64,000 nucleotides of DNA from an uncultured Candidatus Competibacteraceae bacterium. Its GTDB lineage: Bacteria > Bacteroidota > Bacteroidia > CAIKAF01. The position numbers and the translations under genes are program-made. The stretch is from contig CAZJFM010000001.1 of assembly GCA_964545365.1 (NCBI GenBank), positions 30,948 to 94,947 of the forward strand, read 5' to 3'. This document shows positions 27,792 through 37,932 of this stretch, in pieces. How positions within the stretch are numbered: position 1 is the first letter of the stretch; the number at the start of each line of letters is the position of its first letter. The notes below the pieces were generated by a model. The model ran no database searches and was not told the DNA's origin. It saw only the letters and a program-made list of their open reading frames with translations.

Positions 27792-28159
27792 GTTGCTTCG
27801 GTGTTGGGCAAAGGTAAGCAGCCTGATGCGGATTCGCCATTTTGAACCCCAAATCTTACGCGAGAATTGGGGGTGAGCTTTGGAAGCCCTGCTTCTCTCC
27901 GGCGTATGGCACAATAACCAATGCAGCCCTTCAAAAAATGCAGCTTCTCTTCACAAGCATTATACCCCCTGCCGATGAGCGTATGAAAAAGGAGAATTGG
28001 GGCAAGACTCTTTTGTTCCCAAACAATTCTCGTTAGGTACTGCCTTAAGATGGCTGCTCCCTCCTGTCTTTTATGGAGAGGCGGTGCCGAATTAAGCCAA
28101 AAGCTTGAAAGTAGGAGGTTATAAAGGCGCAAGCGGACTGGCCTAAGCCTATTTCTTCA

Positions 28160-28687
28160 TCAAGGCTTTGGAAACCAATCGGCATACATGGGGTAGCGAT
28201 CTGCAGTCCCGGAAATTAAACGCTCCCTTTCTTCCGTGCTTACTTTTCGTATGGGCCGTGCCGGGATTCCCGCATACAAGGTGTTCTTTTCCAGTATTTT
28301 ACCTTCTGAAACTAAGGCTCCCGCTCCAATGATGCAGCCGGAAGGTACCACGGCATGATCCATAACAATAGCTCCCATCCCTATCAATACTTCATCCTCG
28401 ATGGTGCAGCCGTGGATTAAAGCTCTATGTCCAATGGATACTCGGTGCCCTACCTCGGTAGCTGCCTTTTGGTAGGTGGCATGTATAATTGCGCCGTCTT
28501 GAATGTTGACTTCGTCCCCTATGCGAATGTGGTGCACATCGCCTCGAATTACGGCCTGAAACCAAACCGTGCAGCGATTTCCTAAAACTACATCGCCCAC
28601 TATGGTGGCGTTTGGAGCAATCCAACAGTCGCTTCCCCATTGGGGGCTTTGTCCATTTACCGGCAATATGAGCGGTTTCTGATTCAT
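28160..28687 (-). CDS. Gamma-class carbonic anhydrase-family / left-handed beta-helix hexapeptide protein
   Basis: Hexapeptide repeats and the conserved metal-ligand His region (IGHRALIHGCTIED), of the PaaY/YrdA type. Confidence 0.8.
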   Translation of the reverse strand: MNQKPLILPVNGQSPQWGSDCWIAPNATIVGDVVLGNRCTVWFQAVIRGDVHHIRIGDEVNIQDGAIIHATYQKAATEVGHRVSIGHRALIHGCTIEDEVLIGMGAIVMDHAVVPSGCIIGAGALVSEGKILEKNTLYAGIPARPIRKVSTEERERLISGTADRYPMYADWFPKP

Positions 28688-29337
28688 GAAATGGGGGGCT
28701 GTTGTGTGGCTAATGGAATGTGCCACAAGGTTTTCTCCAAAAACCAATCTACGGGCAATTGGTCGTGGAGCTCATACCGTTGGGGTTTCTGCTGAAATCC
28801 GGCAAACAGGGGTTCCGGTTCCGGGCCCTTTAAATACCAAATCCCAGCCTTTGTCGCGGTAGAATTTTGTTGAAAAAGGTGCTTCACTTGTCGGTAAAAG
28901 TCAAACAAAGGCCGCACGGCTCGGCCGGTAATATAGTCGCCCTTTTCTCGAAGCTGTTCTGCCCGAGTATGTATGGTTCGCACGTTTTTTAATCCGGCCG
29001 CCTCGGCAGCCGCCTCGGCCACCTTGAGTTTTTTGCCGATGGAGTCGACCAATACAAATTCCGTTTCGGGGAAAGCGATGGCCAGCGGTATGCCGGGAAA
29101 GCCGCCGCCTGTGCCAATGTCAAAACAGCGACTACCGGGACTGAATTGCGCCCATTTGGCCAGGCAAAAACTATGCGCGGCATGATGCAAATCAATGGAA
29201 TCGATGTCTTTTCGAGAAATTACATTGATTTTTTGATTCCAATCCAAATAGGCTTCCTTGGCTGCTTGCCACTGATTTACTTGTTGATCCGTTAAAAAGG
29301 GGAACCACCGCCTCCAGTCTATGCCCGGGTTTTCCAT
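28684..29337 (-). CDS. rsmG: 16S rRNA (guanine527-N7)-methyltransferase
   Basis: SAM-binding motif DIGTGGGFPGIPLAI and an overall match to the GidB/RsmG length and layout. Confidence 0.85.
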   Translation of the reverse strand: MENPGIDWRRWFPFLTDQQVNQWQAAKEAYLDWNQKINVISRKDIDSIDLHHAAHSFCLAKWAQFSPGSRCFDIGTGGGFPGIPLAIAFPETEFVLVDSIGKKLKVAEAAAEAAGLKNVRTIHTRAEQLREKGDYITGRAVRPLFDFYRQVKHLFQQNSTATKAGIWYLKGPEPEPLFAGFQQKPQRYELHDQLPVDWFLEKTLWHIPLATQQPPIS

Positions 29338-29338
29338 A

Positions 29339-29944
29339 TTAAAATCGGTTCTTTTTTCCCTTTAAAATATTGTATAATAACTCTTTGGCTCTAAAAAGCT
29401 GGGCTTTTACGGTTCCAATGGGAATGTTGAGCTCGTCGGCAATTTCTTCGTAGCTGAACTCCTCAAAATAGCGGAGCTCAATAAGTCGCTTGTATCGTGG
29501 CTTTAGCGTAGAAACTACTTCTCGAAGGGTATGTTTCTTTTGGGTTTTAATGAGCTCTTCTTCGGGGTCGGGTCGAAAATCGCGAACTTCCAAATTCAGC
29601 TCGTCTCCGTCTTTGTTGGTAAATGGGTTGTCTAGACTAGTGGTAGAGACCCTTTTCTTACGGATATAGTCTATGCCGTTGTTGGTGGCAATGCGGTAAA
29701 GCCAAGTAGAAAAGGCATAGCTGGGCTTGTAGTTGTGCAGGTTTTTAAAGGCCTTGCCAAAAGACTCAATCATTAAATCTTCGGCGTCGTCTTTGTTATG
29801 CACCATTTTAAGGAACATAAAATAGATGGACTCGCGGTAGCGTTCCATGAGCTCTGCAAAGGCTGTTTGGTCGTCTTCGTCCACTGCTTTGCGCACCAAT
29901 TGGTAGTCGTCTTTGGCCCGGTCCGAAAAGTTTTCTAGTCCCAT
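29339..29944 (-). CDS. RNA polymerase sigma-70-family factor (ECF-like)
   Basis: Region-2 (YRIATNNGIDYIRKK) and region-4 HTH (SYEEIADELNIPIGTVKAQLFRAK) signatures. The likely start is MGLENF. Confidence 0.7.
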   Translation of the reverse strand: MGLENFSDRAKDDYQLVRKAVDEDDQTAFAELMERYRESIYFMFLKMVHNKDDAEDLMIESFGKAFKNLHNYKPSYAFSTWLYRIATNNGIDYIRKKRVSTTSLDNPFTNKDGDELNLEVRDFRPDPEEELIKTQKKHTLREVVSTLKPRYKRLIELRYFEEFSYEEIADELNIPIGTVKAQLFRAKELLYNILKGKKNRF

Positions 29945-31023
29945 GTTTTTCCTCTGCCCACACCTTGAGTAATCCAAAGTATAGGATGTACGAAAATATA
30001 AATTAAATCTGCAGCAATAAGCCAATAGGCTTGCTTCGCATTTCCGGTACGCAAAGACCATACCATTGCTGCGGCTGCATGACAAAGCCAGGCCAAAAGA
30101 GTCATAATGGCAGCGGCCGGAGCAAGGAGTTTCGCAATAGACAACAGGGCGGCAGGGTATGCCAACACACGCAGCAATAAATAGCTTACATGAAGCGCTT
30201 TAATTCCCTTAGGGTAATGCGGCGCAGTGCTCCAATGTCTGCGTTTTTGCTCCGCCCAATCCAAAAGGTTAAGGGGAGCCTCGCTTAGAGTATATGTGGA
30301 CGGAGCTACAGACCATGCCTTGGCCGCAACGGTTTTCCAAAGGTAAAATAGAGACAAATCGTCGTCGCCACTTTGTAAGCCCTCCACATGGCTCTTTTGG
30401 AGTGCTTCCATGCCTTCTTTCTTGGGACAGGCCATATTTCTACCCACGGCCATGCTGCCTATGCCGAGTGAGGCGAGGCTCAGGTATTGTCTGGCAATTA
30501 TCCAAGCGTCCGCAAACACAAATTTACTGCATAAGTCCGCTCTAGTCCGGTAGGCTCCGTAACCCAAAAACAGGGTGGGTTTTTCTCCAAAGTAGGACAG
30601 AAGGGCTGCCAAACTATGGCTCGTGGCAGGCCGGCAGTCTGCATCGCTCAGGTATAATTGTTGGTGTGTGGCCGTTTTCATTCCTTCCAACAGCGCTGTT
30701 CTCTTTCCTAGCCCTGTTTTTTTGCTTAAATGAACCAGTCGAATGCGGGAATCTTCTGCTGCCATTTTTTGCAAATAGCCTAAGCTTTCGTCGGTAGAGG
30801 CATCGTCCACCAAAACAAATTCCACGGGAACCGTCAAGTTTTGTTGGTTTAGCCAAATGGGAAGGTTGTTTTGCCAGTGGCTTAGGGCATTTCGGCCGCA
30901 AATAACCACCGACAGCCCGGGGCATTGTCCTAGGCTTTTCCGGTTCCGGTAAAGGAAAACAGGCAAAAGGCTAATTATCTGTGCCAAAGCCCAAAGTGCG
31001 ACCAAGTAGGAAATCAAGTCCAT
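29935..31023 (-). CDS. Family-2 glycosyltransferase with N- and C-terminal TM segments
   Basis: VVICGRN...VLVDDASTD...SDAD (DxD) motifs of GT2. The start MDLISYLVALWAL is inferred. Confidence 0.7.
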   Translation of the reverse strand: MDLISYLVALWALAQIISLLPVFLYRNRKSLGQCPGLSVVICGRNALSHWQNNLPIWLNQQNLTVPVEFVLVDDASTDESLGYLQKMAAEDSRIRLVHLSKKTGLGKRTALLEGMKTATHQQLYLSDADCRPATSHSLAALLSYFGEKPTLFLGYGAYRTRADLCSKFVFADAWIIARQYLSLASLGIGSMAVGRNMACPKKEGMEALQKSHVEGLQSGDDDLSLFYLWKTVAAKAWSVAPSTYTLSEAPLNLLDWAEQKRRHWSTAPHYPKGIKALHVSYLLLRVLAYPAALLSIAKLLAPAAAIMTLLAWLCHAAAAMVWSLRTGNAKQAYWLIAADLIYIFVHPILWITQGVGRGKTWD

Positions 31024-31059
31024 AGATATTGCCGAAATTTGCGGACTTTTGCTGAGAAT

Positions 31060-32196
31060 ATGCACCGATTCGACATAGAAAGTACAGATTCCTCTTCTTC
31101 GGCAAGAGCCGGAAGCCTCCATACAGGCCGGGGAACCATCCAAACACCCGTGTTTATGCCGGTGGGTACTTTAGGTACCGTTAAGGCGGTGCACCAAAGG
31201 GAGCTCAAAGAGGATTTGGATGCCAAAATTATTTTGGGAAATACCTACCATCTGTATTTGAGGCCGGGAATAGACATTTTAAAGGATGCCGGTGGACTGC
31301 ATGGGTTCATGGGCTGGGATAGGGCCATACTCACAGATTCGGGAGGCTTTCAAATTTTTTCGCTTTCCGATATCCGAAAGCTTACTCCCGAAGGGGCTAC
31401 ATTTCGTTCGCACATCGATGGGTCTAAGCATGTATTTACTCCCGAATCGGTCATGGATATTCAACGAGCAATCGGTGCAGATATTATAATGGCCTTTGAC
31501 GAATGTCCGCCGCACCCTTGCACCGAAGACTATGCCTCCAAAAGTTTAAAGCTTACCAACGACTGGTTGGACCGGTGTTTTACCCGTTTCAATCAAACCG
31601 AACCATTGTATGGAAAACATCAGGCCCTTTTTCCAATTGTTCAGGGCAGTGTATATCCTCATTTAAGGGTTGCGTCTGCGGAATATATTGCTGCCTTAGA
31701 CCAATTAGAAGGCGTGGCTATAGGAGGCCTCTCGGTGGGCGAACCTGCCGAGGATATGTATGCCATGGTAGATTTGGTCAACGGTATTTTACCCAAAGAC
31801 AAGCCTCGCTACTTGATGGGCGTGGGCACTCCAATTAATCTGTTGGAGAACATTGCTTTGGGTATAGACATGTTTGATTGTGTAATGCCTGCCCGAAATG
31901 GAAGAAACGGCATGTTGTTCACTTGGGAAGGCATTATAAATATTAAAAACAAAAAGTGGGAGCGAGATTTTGAGCCATTAGACCCCCATGGTAAAGTATA
32001 TGTAGATGCGCATTACAACAAAGCTTATTTAAGGCATTTGTTTTCCTCAAACGAACGCTTGGCGGCTCAGATTGCTACCTTGCACAACCTTGGTTTTTAT
32101 TTGGACTTGATGCGCCAAGCAAGGAGTCATATATTGCAAGGTGATTTTTCTGTTTGGAAAAATCAGCAAGTTCAAAAGCTCGGTCAACGCTTATAG
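31060..32196 (+). CDS. tgt: Queuine tRNA-ribosyltransferase (tRNA-guanine transglycosylase)
   Basis: GTIQTPVFMPVGTLGTVKA N-terminal signature and zinc-site region; the length fits Tgt. Confidence 0.9.
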   Translation: MHRFDIESTDSSSSARAGSLHTGRGTIQTPVFMPVGTLGTVKAVHQRELKEDLDAKIILGNTYHLYLRPGIDILKDAGGLHGFMGWDRAILTDSGGFQIFSLSDIRKLTPEGATFRSHIDGSKHVFTPESVMDIQRAIGADIIMAFDECPPHPCTEDYASKSLKLTNDWLDRCFTRFNQTEPLYGKHQALFPIVQGSVYPHLRVASAEYIAALDQLEGVAIGGLSVGEPAEDMYAMVDLVNGILPKDKPRYLMGVGTPINLLENIALGIDMFDCVMPARNGRNGMLFTWEGIINIKNKKWERDFEPLDPHGKVYVDAHYNKAYLRHLFSSNERLAAQIATLHNLGFYLDLMRQARSHILQGDFSVWKNQQVQKLGQRL

Positions 32197-32197
32197 C

Positions 32198-33289
32198 ATG
32201 CGTTTTTTCTCCAAAATCGACCGGTACATTATCCGGAATTTTTTGCTCACCTTTTTGGTGGCTATCAGCCTTATTATTGCCATTACTGTGGTGTTCGACT
32301 TTTCGGAGAAAATCGATGGCTTCATGGGTAAATACGGCAAGATTCCTACCCTTGGAGAAGTGATATTCGACTATTATTTCAACTTCATTCCCTATTTCGT
32401 TAATCTGTTTAGCCCGCTCTTTGTCTTTATTTCGGTCATTTACTTTACTAGCCGAATGGCCTACCGGCTCGAAATTATTTCCATTATTACTACCGGTTGG
32501 AGCTATACTCGATTGCTTTGGCCGTTTATATTGGCTTCTACAGTGGTGGCCGCTATGAGTTACGGCTTAACCAACTTGGTGATTCCAAAAGCCAACGAAG
32601 GGCGGCTGGAATTTGAGAACACGTACTTTAGAAGGGGGCGTGTGAGTACAGGCGACGAGCATATTGCGCTTGGTAATGAGTGTTTTGTCTATGCCGAGTC
32701 CTTTAATTTGCAGCAAAATCTTGCGCTTAAGTTTTGCTTTACCCAAAAGGAGGGTTTGCGTTTGGTATACCGCATTCAGGCCCATGAAGCGCGCTACGAT
32801 TCTCTCCGAAATGTATGGACCCTACGCCAATACTTGGCCCGTCATATTGGTCCTGAAGGTGAGCGCATTCGCCAAGGGGAATCCATGGATACCACACTTG
32901 ACGTAAAACCTGCCGACTTTATACGTAATGTAAAAATTGTGGAGACCATGAGCAACAAGGAGCTCGCTGATTTTATTGAGTTTCAACGGTCAAGAGGGTC
33001 AAACTTTTTGCCCTATTTTCTAATTGAGAAATTTGGGAGGTCAGCAAATCCCATTGCTGCCATTATCCTTACTTTAATCGCTGTTCCCATCAGTGCCCGA
33101 AAGGTACGGGGAGGCATTGGCTTGCAATTGGCTTTTGGCGTAGCTTTAGCCTTTGCCTATGTGTTCTTGCAAAAGGTGACCGTGAGCTTTGCGCTTAATG
33201 GGGTTATTTCCCCTTGGCTTGGAGTTTGGCTTCCCAACTTTATTTATGTGGTCATCGCTTTTATTTTGGCTAAATTTGCTCAACGTTGA
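32198..33289 (+). CDS. LptF/LptG-family LPS export permease (YjgP/YjgQ)
   Basis: MRFFSKIDRYIIRNFLLTFL N-terminus, six TM helices and a large periplasmic loop. Confidence 0.8.
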   Translation: MRFFSKIDRYIIRNFLLTFLVAISLIIAITVVFDFSEKIDGFMGKYGKIPTLGEVIFDYYFNFIPYFVNLFSPLFVFISVIYFTSRMAYRLEIISIITTGWSYTRLLWPFILASTVVAAMSYGLTNLVIPKANEGRLEFENTYFRRGRVSTGDEHIALGNECFVYAESFNLQQNLALKFCFTQKEGLRLVYRIQAHEARYDSLRNVWTLRQYLARHIGPEGERIRQGESMDTTLDVKPADFIRNVKIVETMSNKELADFIEFQRSRGSNFLPYFLIEKFGRSANPIAAIILTLIAVPISARKVRGGIGLQLAFGVALAFAYVFLQKVTVSFALNGVISPWLGVWLPNFIYVVIAFILAKFAQR

Positions 33290-34252
33290 TTGAACGTTAT
33301 GAATTATTTGGATTTTGAACAACCTCTTCAGGAATTGGAAGAGGAACTGGAAAAGATAAAAGCCTCGGCAGAAAAGGCACAAGTAGATATGAATCCCAGC
33401 ATTGTTGAGCTGGAAGCAAAGATTCAGGAAACTACCCGCCAAATTTTCTCTGAGCTCAGCCCTTGGCAAAAGGTACAGTTGAGCCGGCATCCCGATCGAC
33501 CCTACACTTTAGCCTATATGGAGGCCATAACCGAGGGCAGGTTTGTAGAGTTGCATGGCGACCGAAACGTAAAAGACGACAAAGCCATGGTTGGCGGTTT
33601 GGGTACTATTGGGCATCTCAATTGTATGATGATTGGCCAACAAAAAGGCATCAATACCAAAATGCGTCAATACCGAAACTTTGGAATGGCCAACCCCGAG
33701 GGTTACCGAAAGGCCCTGAGGCTTATGCGCACCGCCGAAAAATTCGGCCTACCTGTAGTTTGCCTTATCGATACTCCGGGGGCTTTTCCCGGCATCGAAG
33801 CCGAAGAACGCGGTCAGGGCGAAGCCATTGCCCGAAACCTTATCGAAATGTTCCAACTCAAAGTACCCATTGTATGCATTGTGATAGGGGAAGGCGCTTC
33901 CGGTGGGGCCTTGGGAATCGGCATAGGCGATAAGGTGTTTATGATGGAAAATACCTGGTACTCGGTAATCTCTCCAGAATCCTGCTCCTCTATTCTGTGG
34001 CGCAGTTGGGAGCAAAAAGAGCAAGCCGCTCAGGCCCTAAAGCTTACCGCCGACGACATGCTCCGCCTCAAACTCATCGATGGAATCATTGAAGAACCTT
34101 TGGGTGGTGCCCACAGAAACCACCAAGGCGCCTTCGAAGCCGTCAAAGCTACCTTGCTCGAGCATTTGCCCAAGCTGCTTAAAATGAGTTCCGAACGCCG
34201 AATTAAGCAACGCATTGCAAAATTCGAATCCATGGGAGTTTACCATGAGTGA
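33290..34252 (+). CDS. accA: Acetyl-CoA carboxylase carboxyltransferase alpha subunit
   Basis: [10 protein letters not shown]...[11 protein letters not shown] and the CoA-carboxyltransferase motifs. 320 aa. Confidence 0.9.
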   Translation: MNVMNYLDFEQPLQELEEELEKIKASAEKAQVDMNPSIVELEAKIQETTRQIFSELSPWQKVQLSRHPDRPYTLAYMEAITEGRFVELHGDRNVKDDKAMVGGLGTIGHLNCMMIGQQKGINTKMRQYRNFGMANPEGYRKALRLMRTAEKFGLPVVCLIDTPGAFPGIEAEERGQGEAIARNLIEMFQLKVPIVCIVIGEGASGGALGIGIGDKVFMMENTWYSVISPESCSSILWRSWEQKEQAAQALKLTADDMLRLKLIDGIIEEPLGGAHRNHQGAFEAVKATLLEHLPKLLKMSSERRIKQRIAKFESMGVYHE

Positions 34253-35144
34253 TTTTTTGACCTTCGACCCCAAAGATCTGCCCGTGCCTAAATTGCACGG
34301 TCTCATGCTCGGTGGTGTGGCGCCAAGGCCCATTGCCTTTGCCTCTACCGTTGACCGCGATGGAAATCCAAATTTGAGCCCCTACAGCTTTTTTAATGTA
34401 TTCGGCTCCAATCCTCCTTTGGCTATTTTTTCGCCGGCTAGAAGGGTGCGTGACAATACCACCAAAGATACCTTACGCAATGCTCAGGAAACCGGAGAAG
34501 TGGTCATCCATACCGTCTCTTACGATATGGTACAGCAAGTTTCTCTGTCCAGCGGGGAATATGCTTCCGGCATTAACGAATTTATTAAGGCCGGATTTAA
34601 CCCTGTGCCTTCCCTAAAGGTTGCGCCACCCAGGGTTAAGGAATCTCCCTTTCACATGGAATGTAAGGTTAGGGAAATCATTCAAACCGGAAGCTCCGGA
34701 GGCGCAGGAAACCTCATTGTTTGTGAAGTGGTTCTAATCCACATTCATAGCAGGGTGTTGGATGCTAAAGAGGCCATCGACCCTTTTAAACTCGACGCCG
34801 TGGCCAGAGCCGGTGGCAACTGGTACGTTCGAGCGCAAGGAGAAGCACTTTTCGAAGTGCCCAAACCTACCGGCAAAGGGGGCGTTGGTATAGATGCCCT
34901 TCCCGACCCTATAAAAAACTCAAAGCTGCTCACCGGAAACGATTTGGGACAATTGGGTAATCTGCCCGAACTCCCTACCATGGACCGCTGCCGTGACATG
35001 TGCCAAAGTCCTGCTTTGCAATCCTTTTTAGCTGAGCATGACAAAAACCTTTCTGCCGAACATTTGGCAAAAGTGCTTTTGGAACAACAGCAAGCCCAAG
35101 AAGCTTTTGCCTTGTTAATGGTTCATACGAACTCCAAGCTATGA
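34245..35144 (+). CDS. Flavin reductase-like FMN-binding split-barrel protein with a C-terminal extension
   Basis: [37 protein letters not shown] matches the flavin-reductase-like domain. Confidence 0.6.
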   Translation: MSDFLTFDPKDLPVPKLHGLMLGGVAPRPIAFASTVDRDGNPNLSPYSFFNVFGSNPPLAIFSPARRVRDNTTKDTLRNAQETGEVVIHTVSYDMVQQVSLSSGEYASGINEFIKAGFNPVPSLKVAPPRVKESPFHMECKVREIIQTGSSGGAGNLIVCEVVLIHIHSRVLDAKEAIDPFKLDAVARAGGNWYVRAQGEALFEVPKPTGKGGVGIDALPDPIKNSKLLTGNDLGQLGNLPELPTMDRCRDMCQSPALQSFLAEHDKNLSAEHLAKVLLEQQQAQEAFALLMVHTNSKL

Positions 35145-35467
35145 TTGTATACAACGTAACCGTTCATGTGCAAGAACAGGTAGAAAATGCATGGTTGGAT
35201 TATATGCTTGGCGAACATTTGGCAGATGTGCTTGCCACAGGTTGTTTTCTCGATGCCCGACTCAGCAAATTACTGCTCGATGAACCCCAAGGGGGATTTA
35301 CCTACAGCGTGCAGTACACCGCGCACGATCAAGAAAGTTTGGAGCGCTACCAAAGTGAGTTCGCCCAAAAGCTTCAAGCCGACCATGTGGCGCGCTTTGG
35401 AGAGCAATGTTTGGCCTTTAGAACGAGCATGCAAGTAATTGCCCATATTCCTGCTTCGAACCCTTGA
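35141..35467 (+). CDS. DUF4286-family protein
   Basis: About 108 aa with an [10 protein letters not shown]-type start, which I recall from Bacteroidetes DUF4286 proteins. Confidence 0.4.
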   Translation: MIVYNVTVHVQEQVENAWLDYMLGEHLADVLATGCFLDARLSKLLLDEPQGGFTYSVQYTAHDQESLERYQSEFAQKLQADHVARFGEQCLAFRTSMQVIAHIPASNP

Positions 35468-35477
35468 AAAGTTTTTT

Positions 35478-35969
35478 ATGTCCGAACAAGAAGTACTCAA
35501 CCTTTTGCTCAAACAAACCCGCGAGCAAAGCCTAAATTACTTCCACAAAATCCCTACCGAAAACCTGCATGGCAGACTCCATTTGGAAGGCAAAGCATTA
35601 AATTCTCCATTTTGGATTTTGGCTCACCTGGCCGTAAGCAGCAATTTCTTATTGTTGCATGCCACCGGCGGCGACAGGCTAAAACTGCCTTGGGCCCGTC
35701 AGTTTGGTTTGGGTAGTACCGTACCTGCCCCCGAAGATTGCCCTCCATTGCAGGAAGTTCTCGACGCCCTAGCCGAAATTCAAACGAGGGCACTCGCGCA
35801 TATCGCCGCAATGAGCAGCGAGGAACTGAGCTTGCCCACCACCACCGGCACAGCCTTTGGCGGAGTGGACACCCGACGCCACATCATTGGCCACTGCATA
35901 CGCCACGAGGCCAGCCACGCCGGTCATTTGGCCTGGTTAGCAAAAGCTTGGGGCGCTGCCCTAATCTAA
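35478..35969 (+). CDS. DinB/YfiT-like metal-dependent hydrolase-fold protein
   Basis: Four-helix DinB-family His triad pattern (WILAHL...HIIGHCIRHEASHAGHL). Confidence 0.55.
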   Translation: MSEQEVLNLLLKQTREQSLNYFHKIPTENLHGRLHLEGKALNSPFWILAHLAVSSNFLLLHATGGDRLKLPWARQFGLGSTVPAPEDCPPLQEVLDALAEIQTRALAHIAAMSSEELSLPTTTGTAFGGVDTRRHIIGHCIRHEASHAGHLAWLAKAWGAALI

Positions 35970-36514
35970 AAAGAGTATCCGGCTCCCAAACGAAGGCTTG
36001 GAAGCACCGGAACACTACCGGAATTGCCATAGATTGCAATGCCTATGCCGCCCATAAAGGTAAAACCGCGACCCTCTAAAGGTTGTAGCCTGTAACCTAT
36101 ATAAAACAGCTCTGCTGCTGAGCTAAACATTACAGACCTTTGTTGAGTAAGGGATGGGCCGTATAGCGAAGTAATGCGGTTTCCAAAAGCGGTGGCCGAC
36201 ATAGATAACTCCAATTTACCCCGCTTTTTCCCCAACAAAAGGGAAGGGGTCACCGAAAGCGCAAAGCCATAATCGTCCTGATGGTTTCCTGTTCTTGAAA
36301 GAAAGGTATATTTTGTCGTACCTATACTGCCGCCAAGCCATAATTGCACTCCCGGCACTTCCAACAATCGGTATTGATATTGAAGCCCCAAACCGGCCGG
36401 CACTATGCCTCCCATTAGGCTGTGCCGCGGCCCCACAGGATGTATGGGATCATTGCTTTGCGCCATCGAAGGTAAACTGCACATCAACAAAAGGAAAAGA
36501 ATAATAGGTCGCAT
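35966..36514 (-). CDS. Small outer-membrane beta-barrel protein
   Basis: Signal peptide (MRPIILFLLLMCSLPSMAQS), alternating amphipathic beta-strands and a C-terminal aromatic residue (…GAGYSF). Confidence 0.4.
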   Translation of the reverse strand: MRPIILFLLLMCSLPSMAQSNDPIHPVGPRHSLMGGIVPAGLGLQYQYRLLEVPGVQLWLGGSIGTTKYTFLSRTGNHQDDYGFALSVTPSLLLGKKRGKLELSMSATAFGNRITSLYGPSLTQQRSVMFSSAAELFYIGYRLQPLEGRGFTFMGGIGIAIYGNSGSVPVLPSLRLGAGYSF

Positions 36515-36669
36515 AATTAGTATTTGTACTTTAAAGATACAAAATCGCAGCCATTGGTTGCAAGCACCCCCATTTTTAATCAATAACTTCAACCCAAATA
36601 CGATTTTTTTTTGAGGGAAGGGCCTATGAACAGGCTAAACCAGCTAAGGGTAGAAGCATGTTTAAAATT

Positions 36670-36830
36670 TGGGCGCCTATCCCGCTTTCGGCGGTAGTCC
36701 TCGTTCGGGGGCTTATTGGCCATAGCCCGCCGGAGCGTTCGCATGCGCTCCACGTCCACCGGGCTTGGCCAAAAAAGCCCCCGCCCTGTGGGCTACCTGC
36801 CTCTATCGGGGGCGCTTTGTGCTCCGAACG
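36670..36830. other. GC-rich, highly self-complementary intergenic element (candidate sRNA / cis-regulatory RNA / REP-like repeat); it includes the ychF terminator at 36771-36813 on the minus strand
   Basis: Hairpin GGAGCG-TTCGCATG-CGCTCC (36732-36751). Long-range pairing between GGGGGCTTATTGGCC (36707-36721) and GGCCAAAAAAGCCCCC (36767-36782). Stem GCCCCCG/CGGGGGC followed by a U6 run in the minus-strand sense. No CDS in any frame. Confidence 0.3.
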
Positions 36831-36831
36831 A

Positions 36832-37932
36832 TTAAACGTTAAATCGGAAATGCATTACGTCGCCGTCCTGCACCGTATATTCCTTGCCTTCTACCCGCAA
36901 TTTCCCCTGTTCCTTAGCTGCGGTTTCTGAACCCAGTCTATCGTAATCTTCAAAGGCAATTACCTCAGCACGAATAAAGCCTTTTTCAAAATCGGAGTGA
37001 ATTACACCGGCCGCTTGCGGAGCAGACATGCCCTTGCGAATGGTCCAAGCGCGCACTTCTTTTTCTCCGGCGGTAAAATAGGTTTGCAATTCGAGCAAGT
37101 GGTAGGCCTCTCGAATCAATTGGGCTACTCCCGGCTCCTTTAAGCCTAAGTCTTCCAAAAACATTTGCCGTTCCTCGGGGTCATCCAAGCCGGCAATTTC
37201 TGCTTCAATACCTACGGCAATAACCAAAATGGAGGCACCTTCACCGGCTACGGCAGTTTTTACCGCTTCGCTGTGGGTGTTTCCTGTGGTGGCGCTTGCT
37301 TCGTCTACATTGCACACATACAGCACCGGTTTGGCGGTGAGCAAAAACAACTCCTTTAAAAAAACCGATTGCTCTTCGCTAACTTCCAGGCTGCGGGCAG
37401 ATTTACCTTGGCTTAAATGGTCTTTTAAACGGAGGTACAGTTCGTGTTTCTTTTTGGCATCCTTATCGCTGCCAATTTTTGCCATTTTTTCTACACGGGA
37501 GATTTGTTTTTCAACCGTTTCTAAATCTTTAAGCTGCAATTCGGTATCAATAATCTCTTTGTCGCGCACGGGGTTAACTGATCCGTCTACATGGGTTACG
37601 TTGTCATCGTCAAAACAGCGAAGCACATGCAAAATGGCGTCGCATTCGCGGATATTGCCTAGGAATTTGTTTCCCAAACCTTCGCCTTCCGAAGCGCCTT
37701 TTACCAAACCGGCAATATCTACTATTTCTACCGTGGCAGGTACCAACTGTTGGGGGTTTACCAAATCGGCCAAACGTTGAATTCTGGGGTCAGGAACCTG
37801 AATGGTACCCACATTGGGTTCAATGGTGCAAAATGGAAAATTGGCGGCCTGCGCCTTAGCGTTGCTTAAGCAATTGAAGAGGGTCGATTTGCCCACATTT
37901 GGGAGTCCCACTATTCCACATTTTAGCGCCAT
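36832..37932 (-). CDS. ychF: Ribosome-binding ATPase YchF (Obg-family GTPase)
   Basis: MALKCGIVGLPNVGKSTLFN P-loop and a TGS domain. 366 aa. Confidence 0.9.
   Translation of the reverse strand: MALKCGIVGLPNVGKSTLFNCLSNAKAQAANFPFCTIEPNVGTIQVPDPRIQRLADLVNPQQLVPATVEIVDIAGLVKGASEGEGLGNKFLGNIRECDAILHVLRCFDDDNVTHVDGSVNPVRDKEIIDTELQLKDLETVEKQISRVEKMAKIGSDKDAKKKHELYLRLKDHLSQGKSARSLEVSEEQSVFLKELFLLTAKPVLYVCNVDEASATTGNTHSEAVKTAVAGEGASILVIAVGIEAEIAGLDDPEERQMFLEDLGLKEPGVAQLIREAYHLLELQTYFTAGEKEVRAWTIRKGMSAPQAAGVIHSDFEKGFIRAEVIAFEDYDRLGSETAAKEQGKLRVEGKEYTVQDGDVMHFRFNV

Noticed and set aside
25471-27845. Numerous 60-110 aa plus-strand ORFs in the track that lie inside carB
   Set aside because: They are antisense to a confidently identified, highly conserved gene. 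They are low-complexity, Arg/Ser-rich, and typical of spurious frames in GC-rich coding DNA.
27770-28132. 120-aa minus-strand ORF in the carB upstream region
   Set aside because: There is no recognisable domain. It overlaps the inferred carB leader, and its composition is atypical. It is more likely non-coding leader sequence.
36620-36830. Considered whether the GC-rich element is tmRNA, RNase P RNA, SRP (4.5S) RNA or 6S RNA
   Set aside because: I could not find any of the conserved cores on either strand: the tmRNA GGGG…resume codon/TCCACCA end, the RNase P GGAAAGTCCGGGC P4 region, or the SRP domain-IV GGAAGCAGCCA. It is kept only as an unclassified structured element.
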